A stretch of 64,000 bases of DNA from Octopus vulgaris (lineage: Eukaryota). Location: NCBI GenBank assembly GCA_951406725.2, contig OX597815.1, forward strand, positions 144,770,001 through 144,834,000, written 5' to 3'. The position numbers and the translations under genes were made by a program. Positions 12,425 to 25,554 of this stretch are shown here, piece after piece (positions within the stretch are counted from its first letter, which is position 1; each line of letters starts with the position of its first letter). Below the pieces are notes generated by a model, which was not told the DNA's origin, searched no databases, and saw only the letters and a list, made by a program, of their open reading frames with translations.

Positions 12425-12686
12425 TTAATCCAGCTATATCTGGCCCAAATATTCTACCAGTTTTTATGTTCAAACCAGCAAGATCCAGCCCCCCACACCT
12501 ACCCTACAAAGGCATTCTAAAAATAATTACTTCACTTAAATCTCAGAGCTACAAGGTAATTAATACCAGATTAATTCAAAACAATCTGAATAAATAATTA
12601 TTCCACTTGCCAGAGTAATCAGAATGCTAAATGGTTAGTATTAATATCTAAAATAAATATTTGAAGAATAAAGAAATGCGACTTAC

Positions 12687-12826
12687 AACTTTTAACCGGT
12701 CTTCAATAACTTGAACAATTTGATCCTTAGTATATGGAGGAAAATTCATAAGAGTGGGTCTGAGATCTAATCGTGCCTGCAGCCTGGGTAAAATACGGTC
12801 TGTCAGATCAAGGGAGTTTGCTACAC
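12687..12826 (-). CDS. CDC6: CDC6 coding exon 6, sensor 1 region
   Basis: GVANSLDLTDRILPRLQAR...NFPPYTKDQIVQVIEDRL is nearly identical to the Cdc6 motif. 140 nt, phase 1-0. Confidence 0.96.
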
Positions 12827-13309
12827 CTTAAAAGTTTTAATAATAAAAACAAAAATTTGATTATAGACAAGATTTAAATATAAAATGCAAATTAATACAT
12901 CAACATTATTATGTTCAATGAAAATTCAATTTGTTGGCAAGTTAAGACAAGTGGAAAAGAGATTCCCCACTTGAAAAACATATACATAAGCAACAGGAAG
13001 AGGATCTGGATGTAAAACAAGGTCTTTTTAGATGTTTGTCTAATCCATGCCAGCATGAAAAGAAAAGGAGACAAAACCAAATGAAAATCTGTTTATATAA
13101 ATTCCCTTGTTTTAAATCTTTAAAATAAGAGTTTAATAAAACAGCTTTATTGGTATGAAGCCGGTGTTTCAAACATTATTTAACAATTTAGCATTTAAAC
13201 CAGCTATCATCTCTGGTTCAAATATTCTGTTTTATGTTTAAACTGGCCAGACTTGGCCTCTCGCACCTACTCTACAATGTCATTCTGGTAATAAACAATC
13301 ATATTTTTT

Positions 13310-13692
13310 TTCTTTTATTTGTTTGTCATTTGACTGTGGCCATGCCGGAGCACCACCTTTAGTCAAACAAACAGACCCCAGGATTTATTCTTTGTAAGCT
13401 TAGTACTTATTCTATCGGTCTTATTTTATCTAACCACTAAGTGATGGGGACGTAAACACACCAGCATCGGTTGTCAAGCTATGTTAGGAGGACGAACACA
13501 GACACAGACGTATATATATATACACACACACACACACACATATATACACGACGGGCTTTCAGTTTCCGTCTACCAAATCCACTCACAAGGCTTTGGTCGA
13601 CCCGAAAACTATAGTAGAAGACACTTGCCCAAGGTGCTACGCAGTGGGACTGAACCCGGAACCATGTGGTTGGTAAGCAAGCTACTTACCAC
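13310..13692 (-). mobile_element. tRNA-derived SINE (family A), near full length
   Basis: Reverse complement of the copy at 55363-55738, with a central (TA/CA)n tract. Confidence 0.8.
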
Positions 13693-14989
13693 CATCAAAA
13701 TTATAAAACCACAAATACACCATTAATTCAAAACATTGTGAATAAATATGCATTATGTTTGACAGAGCAATCAGAGTATTAAAGGGTTAATGTGTAATTT
13801 TGATGGAAGCTTTTAATTTAGATCGAGGTCATTGCCAGTGCCACTGGACTGGCTCCTGTGCAGGTGGCATGTAAAAAACATCATTTGAGCGTGGTCGTTA
13901 CCAGTACTGCCTGAGTGGCCCTCGTGCCGATGGCCTGTAAAAGCACCCACTACACTCTCGGACTGGTTGGCGTTAGGAAGGACATCCAGCTGTTAAAACT
14001 CTGCCAGATCAAATTGAAGCCTGGTGCAGCCATCTGGCTTGCCAGTACTCAGTCAAATCGTCCAACCCATGCCAGCATGGAAAGCGGACGTTAAACAAAG
14101 ATAATGATGATGAAAAACAAAAAGTTAATATCATAGAACCAGTGGGACTCTCAAGTAAGTTGGCATCAAAAGGATTAAGCATAAAAACTACATAAATTCC
14201 CTAAGATAGTTATAATGGTAAACTCTGGTTGTTTTTTTTTTACTTTTATTCTCTTCATGAACATTAATTTAGAATTGGTGTTTAATGAAATTCTTAACCA
14301 ATCTAAAAAACAGAGAAACTCAAGAGAATACAGTCTGATACATTAGGAGTGAATTCTTGTAAGAGACCACCCTCTACCACAGCTTATAACTAAGCAGGCA
14401 TAAACCTGTTTGTACAGACATCTCAATATTCAAATCATTGTACACTAAACTGTATCACATGAGTCATTGAAGAAGGGAAAACCTCCTCAAAAGACTCAAT
14501 TAGAGAATCATAATTATATACAGCTGAGTAACTTTTAAATGAGTTGTAACAGATAGGGGAGATATTGGAGCAGATCAAAAATAGAGAAGAAAAAACATCA
14601 ATTATGTGCACAATTAACTTATTGCTTTCTGCACTGCAGGTCACCACATGCTGAATTCTACTTATTGTTGATAATACCTAAATGTAGAATTGTATTGGAT
14701 TACCATTGTTTGAATGCCACATAAACTTTGGCATAAGAATCTCTTAACCCTTTTGATACCAACCTGTCTCAGATCAACCCACTAGGATACAAATTCTGTA
14801 TTAACCCTTTCGATACCAATGTGCCTGACACTGCCTTAGTTCTGTGATACAAACTTTTTGCTTTGAAGTGATCTAAAAGCTCCCCATCAGAATATTGCAC
14901 CATCCTGCAATATGTGAAAATGCTAACATTCTCTTTTTTTTTTTTATTCTCTTTTCATAACTTCCAATATTACTCACAAACCATTCCTC

Positions 14990-15560
14990 ATTAGATGAAG
15001 GCAGATAATCAACAAGGCGGGGACAAGGTAATGGTGTGGTGTGGGATTTGCCACAATCAAGTAATTGGATCATTTTATATGGAGGGCTCTGTGACAGATG
15101 ATCCATATCCGGACATGCTTGACAAGATGATACCTCGTGCATTCACTTGGAAGGGGAAATCCTGTCTAGTTTCAGCAGGATGGGGCTTCGCCCCATTATG
15201 CATTACGGGCTCATGATTTTTCTGAATGAACATTTTCCAGGCAGATAGCTCGGGCATCACGGACCATTTGAATGGGCACAACGGTCACCAGATTATACTC
15301 CCATGGACTTTTTCTTCTGGGGCTACATTAAATCCCTTGTGTATTCTGAAAGGATTCTACAAAAAACTGTTGAAGCATTTGAACAAGTCAACGGCAATGA
15401 AGAACTATTTGAGATGGTTCATCACAATTTCAAATTCCGTATGAACTTTTGTTTAGAGCTACGTGGCCAACAATGAGCATTTGTTATGGATTGCCTACTT
15501 CATGGCTAATAAAGCATACTTGATATCTCCCATGGTGCGTGACTTCGTGGCCACCATGTA
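14990..15560 (+). mobile_element. Degenerate Tc1/mariner-superfamily transposase (catalytic part)
   Basis: Frameshifted motifs KVMVWCGI, FQQDGASPH and W..RSPD.TPMDFFFWGYIK. Ends in GTGGCCACCATG-TA. Confidence 0.75.
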
Positions 15561-17533
15561 TATTTCAACAGAGCTAAAACATAATAGTTTAAAACAAACT
15601 AAATACCAACAAAATTTCATTTTAAGTTTATTCCAAACATCAATATAATATTAAAGTGATTTTACTGTATTCCTCATTTTCAAAATTAATTGAAACAAAA
15701 GCAACATATTTTAATGGAGGCACATAAAACACACCATTTGAGCATGGTCATTGCAACAGTAATTTGTTAACAAGGAATTTCAACATCACTGATTTGCTCA
15801 AATGGTTTCAGCTGCATGGTTGAAACATTCGCTCTCTAACCACATGGTACACATAGCAACATGGGTAAGTATTTTCTAGTATAGCCCAAGAACAATCAAC
15901 AATAAATGAAATCTAAGAAAAAGCTGTCAGTGTGTGTGTGTCAGCTGTCACTTTGTGCCTGGAAACCATATGAAATATCTGATCCCTTCCTTGAAAAACA
16001 GTTAAGGATTAACAACAGCAAGGGTATCTGGCTGTAAAACAACACCTCAAATATATTTGTATAACCCATCCAGACATGGAAAAATGGAATGAAATAAAGA
16101 CAAAATGAATACTCTCACACACACAATAGGTTTCTATACAGTTTAGATTTAATTCCACTTAGATTTATTGATCAGTTCAAGGCTAGAGTAGAGGATACAT
16201 ACCCCAAGGGAGCACACAGTGAAATCTAAAACCACCAATTATGGAGCAAACTCCACAGCCACACTTAAGATGATGTCAAAGATTTTAATCATCGACTGAT
16301 TTTATGTCGAGAAGTAAAGGACAAGACTCCAAGCATGCTTTGGTTTGATCAGGCAATCAAATTAAAATGCGGACCGTTAGTGCATCATCATCATTTAATG
16401 ACCGTTTTTGATGCTGGCATGGGTTGGAGGGTTTGACAAGGGCTGCACCAAGCTCCAAATGTGTATTTTGGCAATGTTTCTATGGTTGGAAGCCCTTCTT
16501 AATGCAAATCTCATTACAGAGTGTATTAACAGCTGTTTTAAAGTAAAACTAGCAGCTAAGCCTGGTTTCACCCAGACAGTTTGGATGATGTGGCTGTAAA
16601 ACCTGTTCTGTGTAAGCATTCGACTTGTTTGGGCACGCTTACGTTAAAAAACAATTTTAGAATGACTTTTTTTTCTGTCAAAACGCTAAAAATAACTAAC
16701 AAAAAAAAAACCAAGATTCAACAAAATCAAAAAATAAACCATCCCTGTTCCATTGTGCACGCGCACACACACACAAATCCCCTCTTTTACATATACACAT
16801 ATATTCACAGAGTTGAAACAAGTATGACATCACTTATTCATCTATCACACCTTCCTTTCTCATTCATAAACACAAGAGTATTATTATAATAGATTATCTC
16901 AGTAACCAAGGGAGCTATGAAAAAATACAAAACCCAGCATCACCACCGGATCATTCAACACATCTGTGTAAATTTTCGCGCAATTCCACCCAGCCGTTTG
17001 ACCGTGAATCCCAAGACAAGAAAGAATTGCCCATGTCAAATTTATATGTATAGATTATATTAGATAAACTACAAAAGAAAAAAAATAGAAAAGATTTAAA
17101 AAATGTATTAAATGTAACTGCTAGTGCAGGATTTGAGTAACCATTGCATCCCCCCATCCATACATCATCCCATCATTCATCCGATTTAATTGTTTCTTCC
17201 TCACTGTTGTTTTGTCTGTCCTTGTATTATCCCCTCTGTATTTCACCCCTTGTGGCTAATAAAGAATTAAGAGTGTATTGGGTGCTTTATACATGGCACC
17301 AGCATGGATGCTTGTTATATGTTACCTGCACAGGTGGTTTGTATGTGGCAACAACAATGTTGATAAAATGAAACAATAAATAAGACTATTCCATAACAGA
17401 TCTATTGTAAGTCAATAGAGAAATTCAGATAGAAAATGAAACAAGAATATCCTTTGGTAAGGTCATTCAGTCGGATTAGAAATATTATTCTACATAAAAG
17501 CAAAGTTGAATTATGATAGGTTTTACTCTAAAC

Positions 17534-17961
17534 TATTGGGTCAGTGAATAATTATTGCACTTTTTTTTCAACAAAAACATCTTTAAATGACAGTCTGGAC
17601 TGTCTGCCAAGCAAATGGGAAGCTGTAATTGAAGTAGATGGTGAATATGCTCTGGAATAATCATCTAACCCTTTCGTTACTGTATTTATTTTGGGATGCT
17701 CTGTGTTTCTTTCATTTACTTTAAATATAACAAAGAATTTCGTAAAATAACTTGGTTATCATTCAGCTAGTGTTAGGAACATAAATTGTGACTAAGGTTT
17801 GGTGGAAGATTTTAATTCAAAACTTATGAAAACAAGACATTTGTACTCAGAGCCAGAGCCGGTTTCAGCCGGGTTGGTAACGAAAGGGTTAAAGATGTTT
17901 TTGTAAAATATTATTGTCTTTGTTGAAAAAAAGAGCTGCAATAATTATGCCCAACCCAATA
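17534..17961. mobile_element. Mariner MITE with nested piggyBac-like MITE (17669-17888)
   Basis: Outer TATTGGGT...ACCCAATA TIRs with a WEAVIEVDGEY* remnant. Inner CCCTTTCGTTAC...GTAACGAAAGGG at a (C/T)TAA site. Confidence 0.8.
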
Positions 17962-18008
17962 GAAACAGGAATAATGTAACAAATTTTTTTAATGAATCTA
18001 ATCCTTAC

Positions 18009-18115
18009 CTATTAAAACAAATGATGAGTTTGAAAGGGCTGGCCAACCAAAGAGTTCATAGAGTACTTCATGATGTTTGTTGTCCAATTGGTCAATCTCA
18101 TCCAAAACAAGGACA
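18009..18115 (-). CDS. CDC6: CDC6 coding exon 5, Walker B
   Basis: IVLVLDEIDQLDNKHHEVLYELFGWPALSNSSFVLIG. 107 nt, phase 2-1, AG/GTAAGG boundaries. Confidence 0.96.
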
Positions 18116-18541
18116 CTGAAACAAAAATATGGTTATTAAAAACAACGTCAAAGTTTTGACCACTTTTCCATTCTTCTATAAGTTAGACAAGTGTCTTTGA
18201 ACATAGTTTTTTCTCTCTAGCAGGATGCTTTTGCTGTCACTAACCCTCATTTGTTTCCAAATAAAGTAATTATTTCCCTTTGTTCTTTATAAAGGAAACA
18301 GCTTAATGGCTACACATGGATGTGTGGTTAAGAATCTCACTTTCCAACATCATCATTTGGGTGCAGTCCCACTGCATGAAACTTTGTGAATGGAATCGGT
18401 AGATGGAAAGTGGAAGCTTGTGTGGAAAAGGAGGTTTTCAAACAATGACGTCAACAGGCTTCCTTACAGTTTCTATCAACCAAGATTTCACTCACAAGAC
18501 ACTGATCAGTTCAAGGCTTATAGCCGAAGGTACTCGCTTAA

Positions 18542-18755
18542 CCCTTTTGTTACTGTATTTATTTTGAGATGCTCAGTGTTTCTCTCAATTATTTTAGATA
18601 TAACAAAGAATTTAGTAAAATAACTTAGTTATCATTCAGCTAGTGTTAGGAACATAAATTGTGACTAAAGTTTGGTGGAAGATTTTAATTGAAAACTTAT
18701 GAAAACAAGACATTTGTACTCAGAGCCAGTTTCAGCCGGGTTGGTATCAAAAGGG
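18542..18755. mobile_element. piggyBac-like MITE (family 1)
   Basis: TTAA-CCCTTTTG...CAAAAGGG-TTAA. Confidence 0.75.
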
Positions 18756-19238
18756 TTAAGACGTCATATAGCTCAGAAGCAAACTTTTTAATCACACAGA
18801 CAAGTCTACTTCTAATTTACTCTCATTTGCCATTAATTAATTAAATGGAATTTTCATGGATAAATACAGATACTGAAAATTCCAGGACAAAGTATCCCAA
18901 GAGTTGCACATTTATAGAAAGGGGTATAATTTGATGACACTACATGGAACAACAGAAAAACTTCCTACATTTTACTGACCAGTGATGCAGCACTGGACAG
19001 GTGAGAACAGGTGCCATTATCTTCTACTCATTTCAGCCATTAGACTGCAGCTATGCACGAGGAATATTTTAGGCAAATGAATCAATCTCAGTATTTTATT
19101 TATAAGCCTGGCACTTATTTTATCAGTCTCATTTGTTGAACTGCTAATTTACAAGTATGTAAACAAACCAACACCAGCTGTCATGCAGTGGTGGTGAGGT
19201 AACAAACACACAGAGGAGTGTGTGTGTTGGGGGGCTCC

Positions 19239-19415
19239 ACAGAGGCAAAATGGCCGAGTTCCTTTCGAGCGTTGAGCCTCATGGAGGCAAAGTGGCAGAG
19301 TTCCTTTTGAGCATTGGGCTTCACAGAGGCAAAGTGGCAGAGTTCCTTTGGAGCGTTGGGCCTCATGGAGGCAAAGTGGCAGATTTCCTTTCCAGCGTTT
19401 GGCCTCACAGAGGTA
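19239..19415 (+). repeat. 42-bp minisatellite (about 4 units) fused to an RTE 3' end
   Basis: GAGGCAAA/GAGGTAAG recurs at 19242, 19284, 19326, 19368 and 19410. Confidence 0.85.
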
Positions 19416-19952
19416 AGGACTGAGACCTTTGGCCATAATGTTGTACTTGAGAAGACCCATCAAGCTGAGCAAAATCGCAGTTGTGGCAGATACTAGTGCC
19501 ATGCCAGTGGCACATAAAAGCACCCATTACACTCTCAGAGTGGTTGGCATTAGGAAGGACATCCAGCTGTAGAAAACCTTGCCAAATCAGACTGGAGTCT
19601 AGCACAGCCTTCAAGCTTACCAGCCCTGATCAAACTGTCCAACCAATGCCAGCATGGACAACAGACATTAAATGATAATATATAATGGTCTTCTTTCAGT
19701 TTCTGTCTCCCAAATCCAGTCACGGCTTTGGTCAGCCCAAGGCTATAGAAGACACTTGCCCAAGGTGCCACACACCGAGACTGAACCCAGAATCGTCACT
19801 GTTTGAAATATAATTCAACAGGAAATTCTGATGAAAGCTTTTAGTCCCAAACAGGCGGGCGTCAAGAGTTAAATGGACCATTAACAAAGAGCCTGCAAAA
19901 GTCATGGGCTTAGCAAGTAGTGAAAGAAAAAGAAAAACTGGAAGATACTTAC

Positions 19953-20119
19953 ATGCTTTTTTTACTGCTCGTTATGATTTTTTGTAAGGATTTCAGTAGT
20001 TTTGATGTTGACTTAGAATATATCTCGCCAGTCAGTTCAGTATAGATTTTCTTATAAATATCCCAAACATCATGGAAAATCATGCAGTTCAGATATACAA
20101 CTTTGCAGGAATTATTAAC
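19953..20119 (-). CDS. CDC6: CDC6 coding exon 4 (VNNSCKVVYLNCM...SSKKSI)
   Basis: 167 nt, phase 0-2, AG/GTAAGT boundaries. YLNCM motif as in Cdc6/Orc1. Not in the ORF track; translated manually. Confidence 0.92.
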
Positions 20120-20694
20120 CTAGAGAAAACGGTAAATTTATTAAGTAGTGTTAAAACATTACACACACACAAGTTTCTTTCAGTTTCTATGTAACAAATT
20201 CTTTTAAGAGGCTTTAGTCAGTCTGAGGTTTTAGGAGACACTTGCCCCAAAGTGCTATGCAATGAGATCGAATCCAAAACCGCGTGGTTGGAAAGCAAAC
20301 TTAACCACACAGCCACTGCTTGCATATAAAATAAAGTCGCAAAACATAGTTTTGAGCTCGAGACCTCTGGCTAACAGGCCCAGAAGACTTGAACTGCAAT
20401 GTATTCATGTATATATAAATAATCAATTCAAATTTTTTCCACAAGGGCAGCTTGGGGAAGGGCATTAAGTCGCTTACATCGACCATAGTGTATAACTGGT
20501 ACTTATTTAATCGACCACGAAAGGATGAAAGGCAAAGTCAACCTCAGCAGAATTTGAACTCAGAATGTAAATACAGGCGAAATACTTCTAAACATTTCCC
20601 CTGGCAAGCTAACGATTCTGCCAGCTTGCTACCTTATGTATATATAAATAATGATAGAGAATTAAGTCAAAAGGTGAAAGTATATATATATATA

Positions 20695-21077
20695 CTAGCA
20701 GTATCGCCCGGTGTTGCTCAGGTTTGTAAGGGAAATAACTATAAAGCATTTTTAGAGAGTTATAGCCAAAAATTAGCAAAAAAATGGAAAAAAATGATGG
20801 TAAATTTTTTTTGAGATTTAAAAAAGGTGGAGTTGCGTCCCCTAGACAGTTTGTGGTTCGTGTTTCTGATTCTCGACCCCATGTCGAATTTATCGATTTT
20901 TTTCAGAACAGGGGGAACTTTTCAAAATTTTCGCTGCGTTAGTCTTGAATTATGACATTGGGCTATGTGTGTGTCAAGTTTCATCAGAATCGGTTGAAAG
21001 ATGTGGTCAGGGTGAGGGTACAAGCAAACAGACACACAGAAACACGCACAGACAAACTGCCGTTTATATAGAGAGAG

Positions 21078-21078
<1 letters not shown>
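20695..21078 (-). mobile_element. Non-autonomous Helitron
   Basis: Same hairpin plus CTAG 3' end as 3293-3912. TC start inside a TA/GA tract. Confidence 0.72.
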
Positions 21079-21120
<42 letters not shown>

Positions 21121-21858
21121 TGCTGATAAGAAAAAATCTAGATTTCTCTAAAGATGTCACTGAACACTGCTCAGAAAAATCTAGACTTTTATGTCTGAAT
21201 ATAATAGGGAAAAGATACGCCCATCTTGTTTCTGTCATTATTAATATTTCACTGTATGTTGCCCAAGTACTTACTCCTACATGTGTGTATATATATGTGA
21301 ATATATATATATCATATACGAAAGAGTAACATTAATTGTCAGCAAAAATAAAATACAGGTCAGCTTTGCCTTATCTTTTCCAGGTCAATAAAATAAGTAC
21401 CAGTTGAGCACTGGAGTCGATGTAATCAACTTACATCCACTCCTGAAATTACTGGCCTTGTGCCAAAATTTGAAACCAGTAAGAAACGTTATTTTCAAAT
21501 TATGAACAATTTGATAGAATTCTGTAGTTAAAATCCTGTCTTACAGTTCCTTATACATTGGTGTTAAAGCTCCTCACTCTTCAAAAAGTAGGCAAAGTAT
21601 TTCAATAAACGTTAACTATGAGGTAATGAAACACGAGAGTTTCACCCTTTAAGAAAACCACCTAAGTCAATTTGACAAAATAGCGAGATATATCATACTG
21701 AACAAACTACAACAGACATAAAATGGGATCTCAAGCCAAGGGACATAACTTACAAGACGCTTGATCAAAGACAGCCATAACACTAAAAATTCCTGTGGCG
21801 ATAACTTTAAACATATAACAGCAAAAACATGATTAAATTTGTAATACATCATACTTAC

Positions 21859-22061
21859 TTTTAAATGCTTGATTATTTCTGTAAGAACGACAGTCTTCCC
21901 TGTTCCTGGAGCACCTGATATATACATACTACTGCCAGTTCTTGAAGAAATATGCTTAGAGAGAAATGTATTAATTCTTGATTGTTCTTCCTCGCGACAG
22001 ATCACTTTTGCTGGATGGGCCGTGTGTAATAACTGCTTTGTTTTAGAATAGTTCTCACTAA
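21859..22061 (-). CDS. CDC6: CDC6 coding exon 3, AAA+ Walker A
   Basis: SMYISGAPGTGKT matches Cdc6 SLYLSGAPGTGKT. 203 nt, AG/GT bounded, phases consistent. Confidence 0.96.
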
Positions 22062-22506
22062 CTGTCAATAAAATAAAATTTTAAAATATTCACAATCAAT
22101 GATCTCAAAAACATTTCATTGGTTTACAGGTTAAGCACACAAACAGTCACCATATTTCTTCATAAGACACTATTTTATATTTGACTTTTTTTAACTGAAA
22201 AAACCTGGGTACAACTTATACAAAAGGCAGAGCTGACAAGTTAAAATATAAAGGGGAAAAAACTTAGTGCCAAGATTCAACACTAAATAAGGATTGCAAT
22301 TTATATGCAAGTAAATATTCTTTTATTTGTTTCAGTCATTTGACTGCGGCCATGCTGGAGCACCACCTTTAGTTGAACAAATAGACCCCAGGACTTATTC
22401 TTTGTAAGCCTAGTACTTATTCTGTTGCTCTCTTTTGCCGAACTGCTAAGTGACAGAGACAAACAGACACACAAGTACATATATATAATATATATATATA
22501 TTATAT

Positions 22507-22775
22507 TGTTATGACCTGCTGTCGCTCAACTCAGACTCCGGAACCTAAGTCAAGCGACGACGACTACGCTCAGTCAAATCAGAAATCCACCACAGAAAGC
22601 GGGGGTGGGCAGCGAACTTTGCTTGACCGGATAAGGGTCAGAGGTACTTTCTACCCTCATTAATTTCCCTTACCGGTGACAGGACAAAGACCCATTACTT
22701 CTTTTCCCAGCCTGTCCGGCTCCAACCAACGAAATTGGGTCATAGCATTTTCTCGTCTTTTTGACCTCCGCAACA
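22507..22775. mobile_element. Putative solo LTR inside a SINE microsatellite
   Basis: TGTT...AACA termini, 4-bp ATAT duplication, GC-richer than flanks, and it splits a family A SINE. Confidence 0.65.
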
Positions 22776-23507
22776 ATATTATATACGATGGGCTTCTTTC
22801 AGTTTCTGTCTACCAAATCCACTCACAAGGCTTTGGTGAGTCTGAGGCTATAGTAGATGACATTTGCCCATGGTGCCACACAATGGGACTGAACCCAGAA
22901 CAATGTGGTTGGTAAGAAAGCTACTTACCACACAGCCACTCCTGTGCCTGTATATTATTTTCAATGTGATGACCATGAAGAATTAAGGTACAAATATGAC
23001 ATACCTTGGTCTCTAAGTCTAGCAATCTTGAGACCTGGCCATTGCTGGACCATGAGGGGAAATGATGGTAAACAGAAATTGACCCCATGGGAGAGTCTAT
23101 GTAAAAAAGTCTTACCATCTCATTCCATGTACATGTTAAATGTCTCCTCAAAGTTAGAGGGGAAAAGGTCAGGAAATACAACAACCAATTACACCTCCTA
23201 ACAATGTTTTAACAGTTTCATGTGATATAAACAAATGAGGCAGATTTTAAAATTAGAATGGTTCATGGACAAATGGATTTCAGAGGTCTAATCTGCATGA
23301 ATGCAGGTGTGTATGTGTGCCAATGACAAGTTCTCTTACTTGAAGAAAATAAATCCTTTAAAAGGTCAAAGAGTTAACTCTTTTGTGGATTAAATAAACA
23401 TGCAACCAAACAAACATACACTGGTTCATTCAACTGATTTATACTAGCAATAAATGTGCCGAAAAGAGAATTTAATATCAAATGGTGCAAAGAACAAATT
23501 AACGAAC

Positions 23508-23798
23508 CTATTTTGGGTGATTTAGCAGGAATCTTTGAATATGGAGTTTCATCACCCCAGATATTTCTTTTGATTGGAGATAAACAGGGTCTTGCAGAGT
23601 TTAATGGAGTTACTTTGTGTTTTGGGGGAGAATATAAATTCTCATCAGAGACCTTAGGTGATTTCACTTTATCGGATTTTTTCATAGGGGAGATAATCTT
23701 GTTAGCTGATTTATCTGAATGTCCAGGTATGGACTCCAATGATGCATGACTGCGAGTTACTGATGCCCGACTTCGAGTTATTGAAGAGGATACAGAAT
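23508..23798 (-). CDS. CDC6: CDC6 coding exon 2, S/T-P-rich regulatory region
   Basis: 291 nt AG/GT-bounded exon, phase 1-1, open frame. Contains the CDK-type sites ISPMK, KSPK, YSPPK, LSPIK and KSPK. Confidence 0.85.
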
Positions 23799-24065
23799 CT
23801 GGAAAAAAATAAAGTTTTCTTCAAATAACTGATTCTTGAAACAAGAGGAAAAATAAGGTAATTAATCACAATTACAGAAATTATTAAAAAATAACAAAAA
23901 AATTCAGCCACAATAAAATGATTATTATTTACATTTTCTCCTGCAAGTCTGAAGTCATTACTTTAGCTCCTGATGTCGACTTAACAATTTAGCATTCAGG
24001 TTTCTATGCATTACTTTGTTGCTTTGCGATTTCAAAGTGTTTATTTTTAGAATATTGTAAAGTAA

Positions 24066-24429
24066 TACAATTCTATATTTAAGAGATGAGGAATTATGTA
24101 CATTATTTACATTTGACGGATATTTGTCCTCATCTTGTTTGTTGTTAAGACGTTTCAACTGATATACCCTCCAGCCTTCATCAGGTGTCTTGGGGAAATT
24201 TCAAACTTGCCTTCTCATTCCTAAGGTATTTTTCGATATTATTATTATTCAGGTCACTGCCTGGAATCAAACTCGGAATCTTGGGGTTAGTAGCCCGCGC
24301 TCTTAACCACTACGCCAGGTTCAAAATTTCCCCAAGAAACCTAATGAAGGCTGGGGGGTATATCAGCCAAAACGTTGTGTTAACAATAAACAAGATGAGG
24401 ACAAATATCCATCAAATGTAAATAATGTA
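24066..24429. mobile_element. Family C element (minus) with inverted partial copy (plus)
   Basis: Full minus copy at 24066-24316 is abutted by a plus-strand 3' portion at 24317-24429. Hammerhead-like motif in both. Confidence 0.8.
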
Positions 24430-24492
24430 TTGTAAGGTAAGTGTGAGAAGCTGGATCTGCCCAGTTTAAATGCTAAAGGGTGCAATAATGGA

Positions 24493-25355
24493 TGAGGTGT
24501 AGTCAAAAAGTATGAGACCTTTGGCCAAAAAACAAGTAATATTACAAAACACACCATTTTGATTTAGTCTTCTTCAAAGTATTCACCTAGGGAGTCTACA
24601 GACTTCTGCCAGTGTTCCTGCCACTGCTGGAAACATTTATGGAAATCACTTTTGGGGATACTGTAGGGCTGTGCCTTTGAATTTTGTTTAATGTACTCTG
24701 TTGACTCAAATCTCCTCCTTTTGAGTGATTTTTTTGAGCTTTGGGAATAGCCAAAAGTCGCACAGAGCCAAGTCTAGGGAGTAGGAAGCCTGACGAAAAA
24801 GTGGTGTGTTTTGCTTGACAAGGAATGGTTGTATATGGGTGGAATGAGCAGGTGCATTGTCATGGTGGAGTTGCCAGTTCTTTGCTGCCCACTGGTCAGT
24901 TCGTTTTAGCCACACAACTTTATGAAGGTGACAAAGAACCCCCAGGTAGTATTCTTTAATTGTCTGGCCACAATGTGGCTCAATGTCCACTGTGGTGCAG
25001 CCATCTTTGAACTGGTTGTGCCTCTCCTTTATTTGTTTTTCCCATAGCATCACCTCCAAAGGCCTTCTGAATCTTGTCGATAGTCTGGGCTTGCGTCTCA
25101 CCAAGTTTTTGGCAGAATTTGATACAGCATCTTTGCTCAATGCACTCGGTGATTTACATTCAAAAAGAGAAATCACACAGCACACTCTTTACGTCTGTAC
25201 TCAACATGTTACTGCAGGCAAATGGCTCAACCTACAGACACGAACATTTTTGCGCATGCTCAGGAAGGACATAGCCACCTAATACTCAAGCGGATTTTGC
25301 TTACACATTTTCTATGAAAAATATCAAGGGTGGATGCTTTTTTGACTACATGTTC
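24493..25355 (-). mobile_element. Internally deleted mariner element
   Basis: TIRs TGTAGTCAAAAAG / CTTTTTGACTACA. Motifs WQLHHDNAPAH and YSLDLALCDFWLFPKLK. Confidence 0.88.
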
Positions 25356-25554
25356 TACATATCAGCATAGTGAGTATTTCTACTCACTCGTGCCCCTAGT
25401 TGAGGTACGGGTAATCTTTTTCCAGAAGTAAGATGAAACACATTAAATGATAATCTGCCATCATTTCTTTTTAAGGTTCCAGCCAAGCAGCTGCAGTGTG
25501 TTATATCAGGTCATATATTTAACTTTATACATGAATAATAAAAATTTAACAAAC

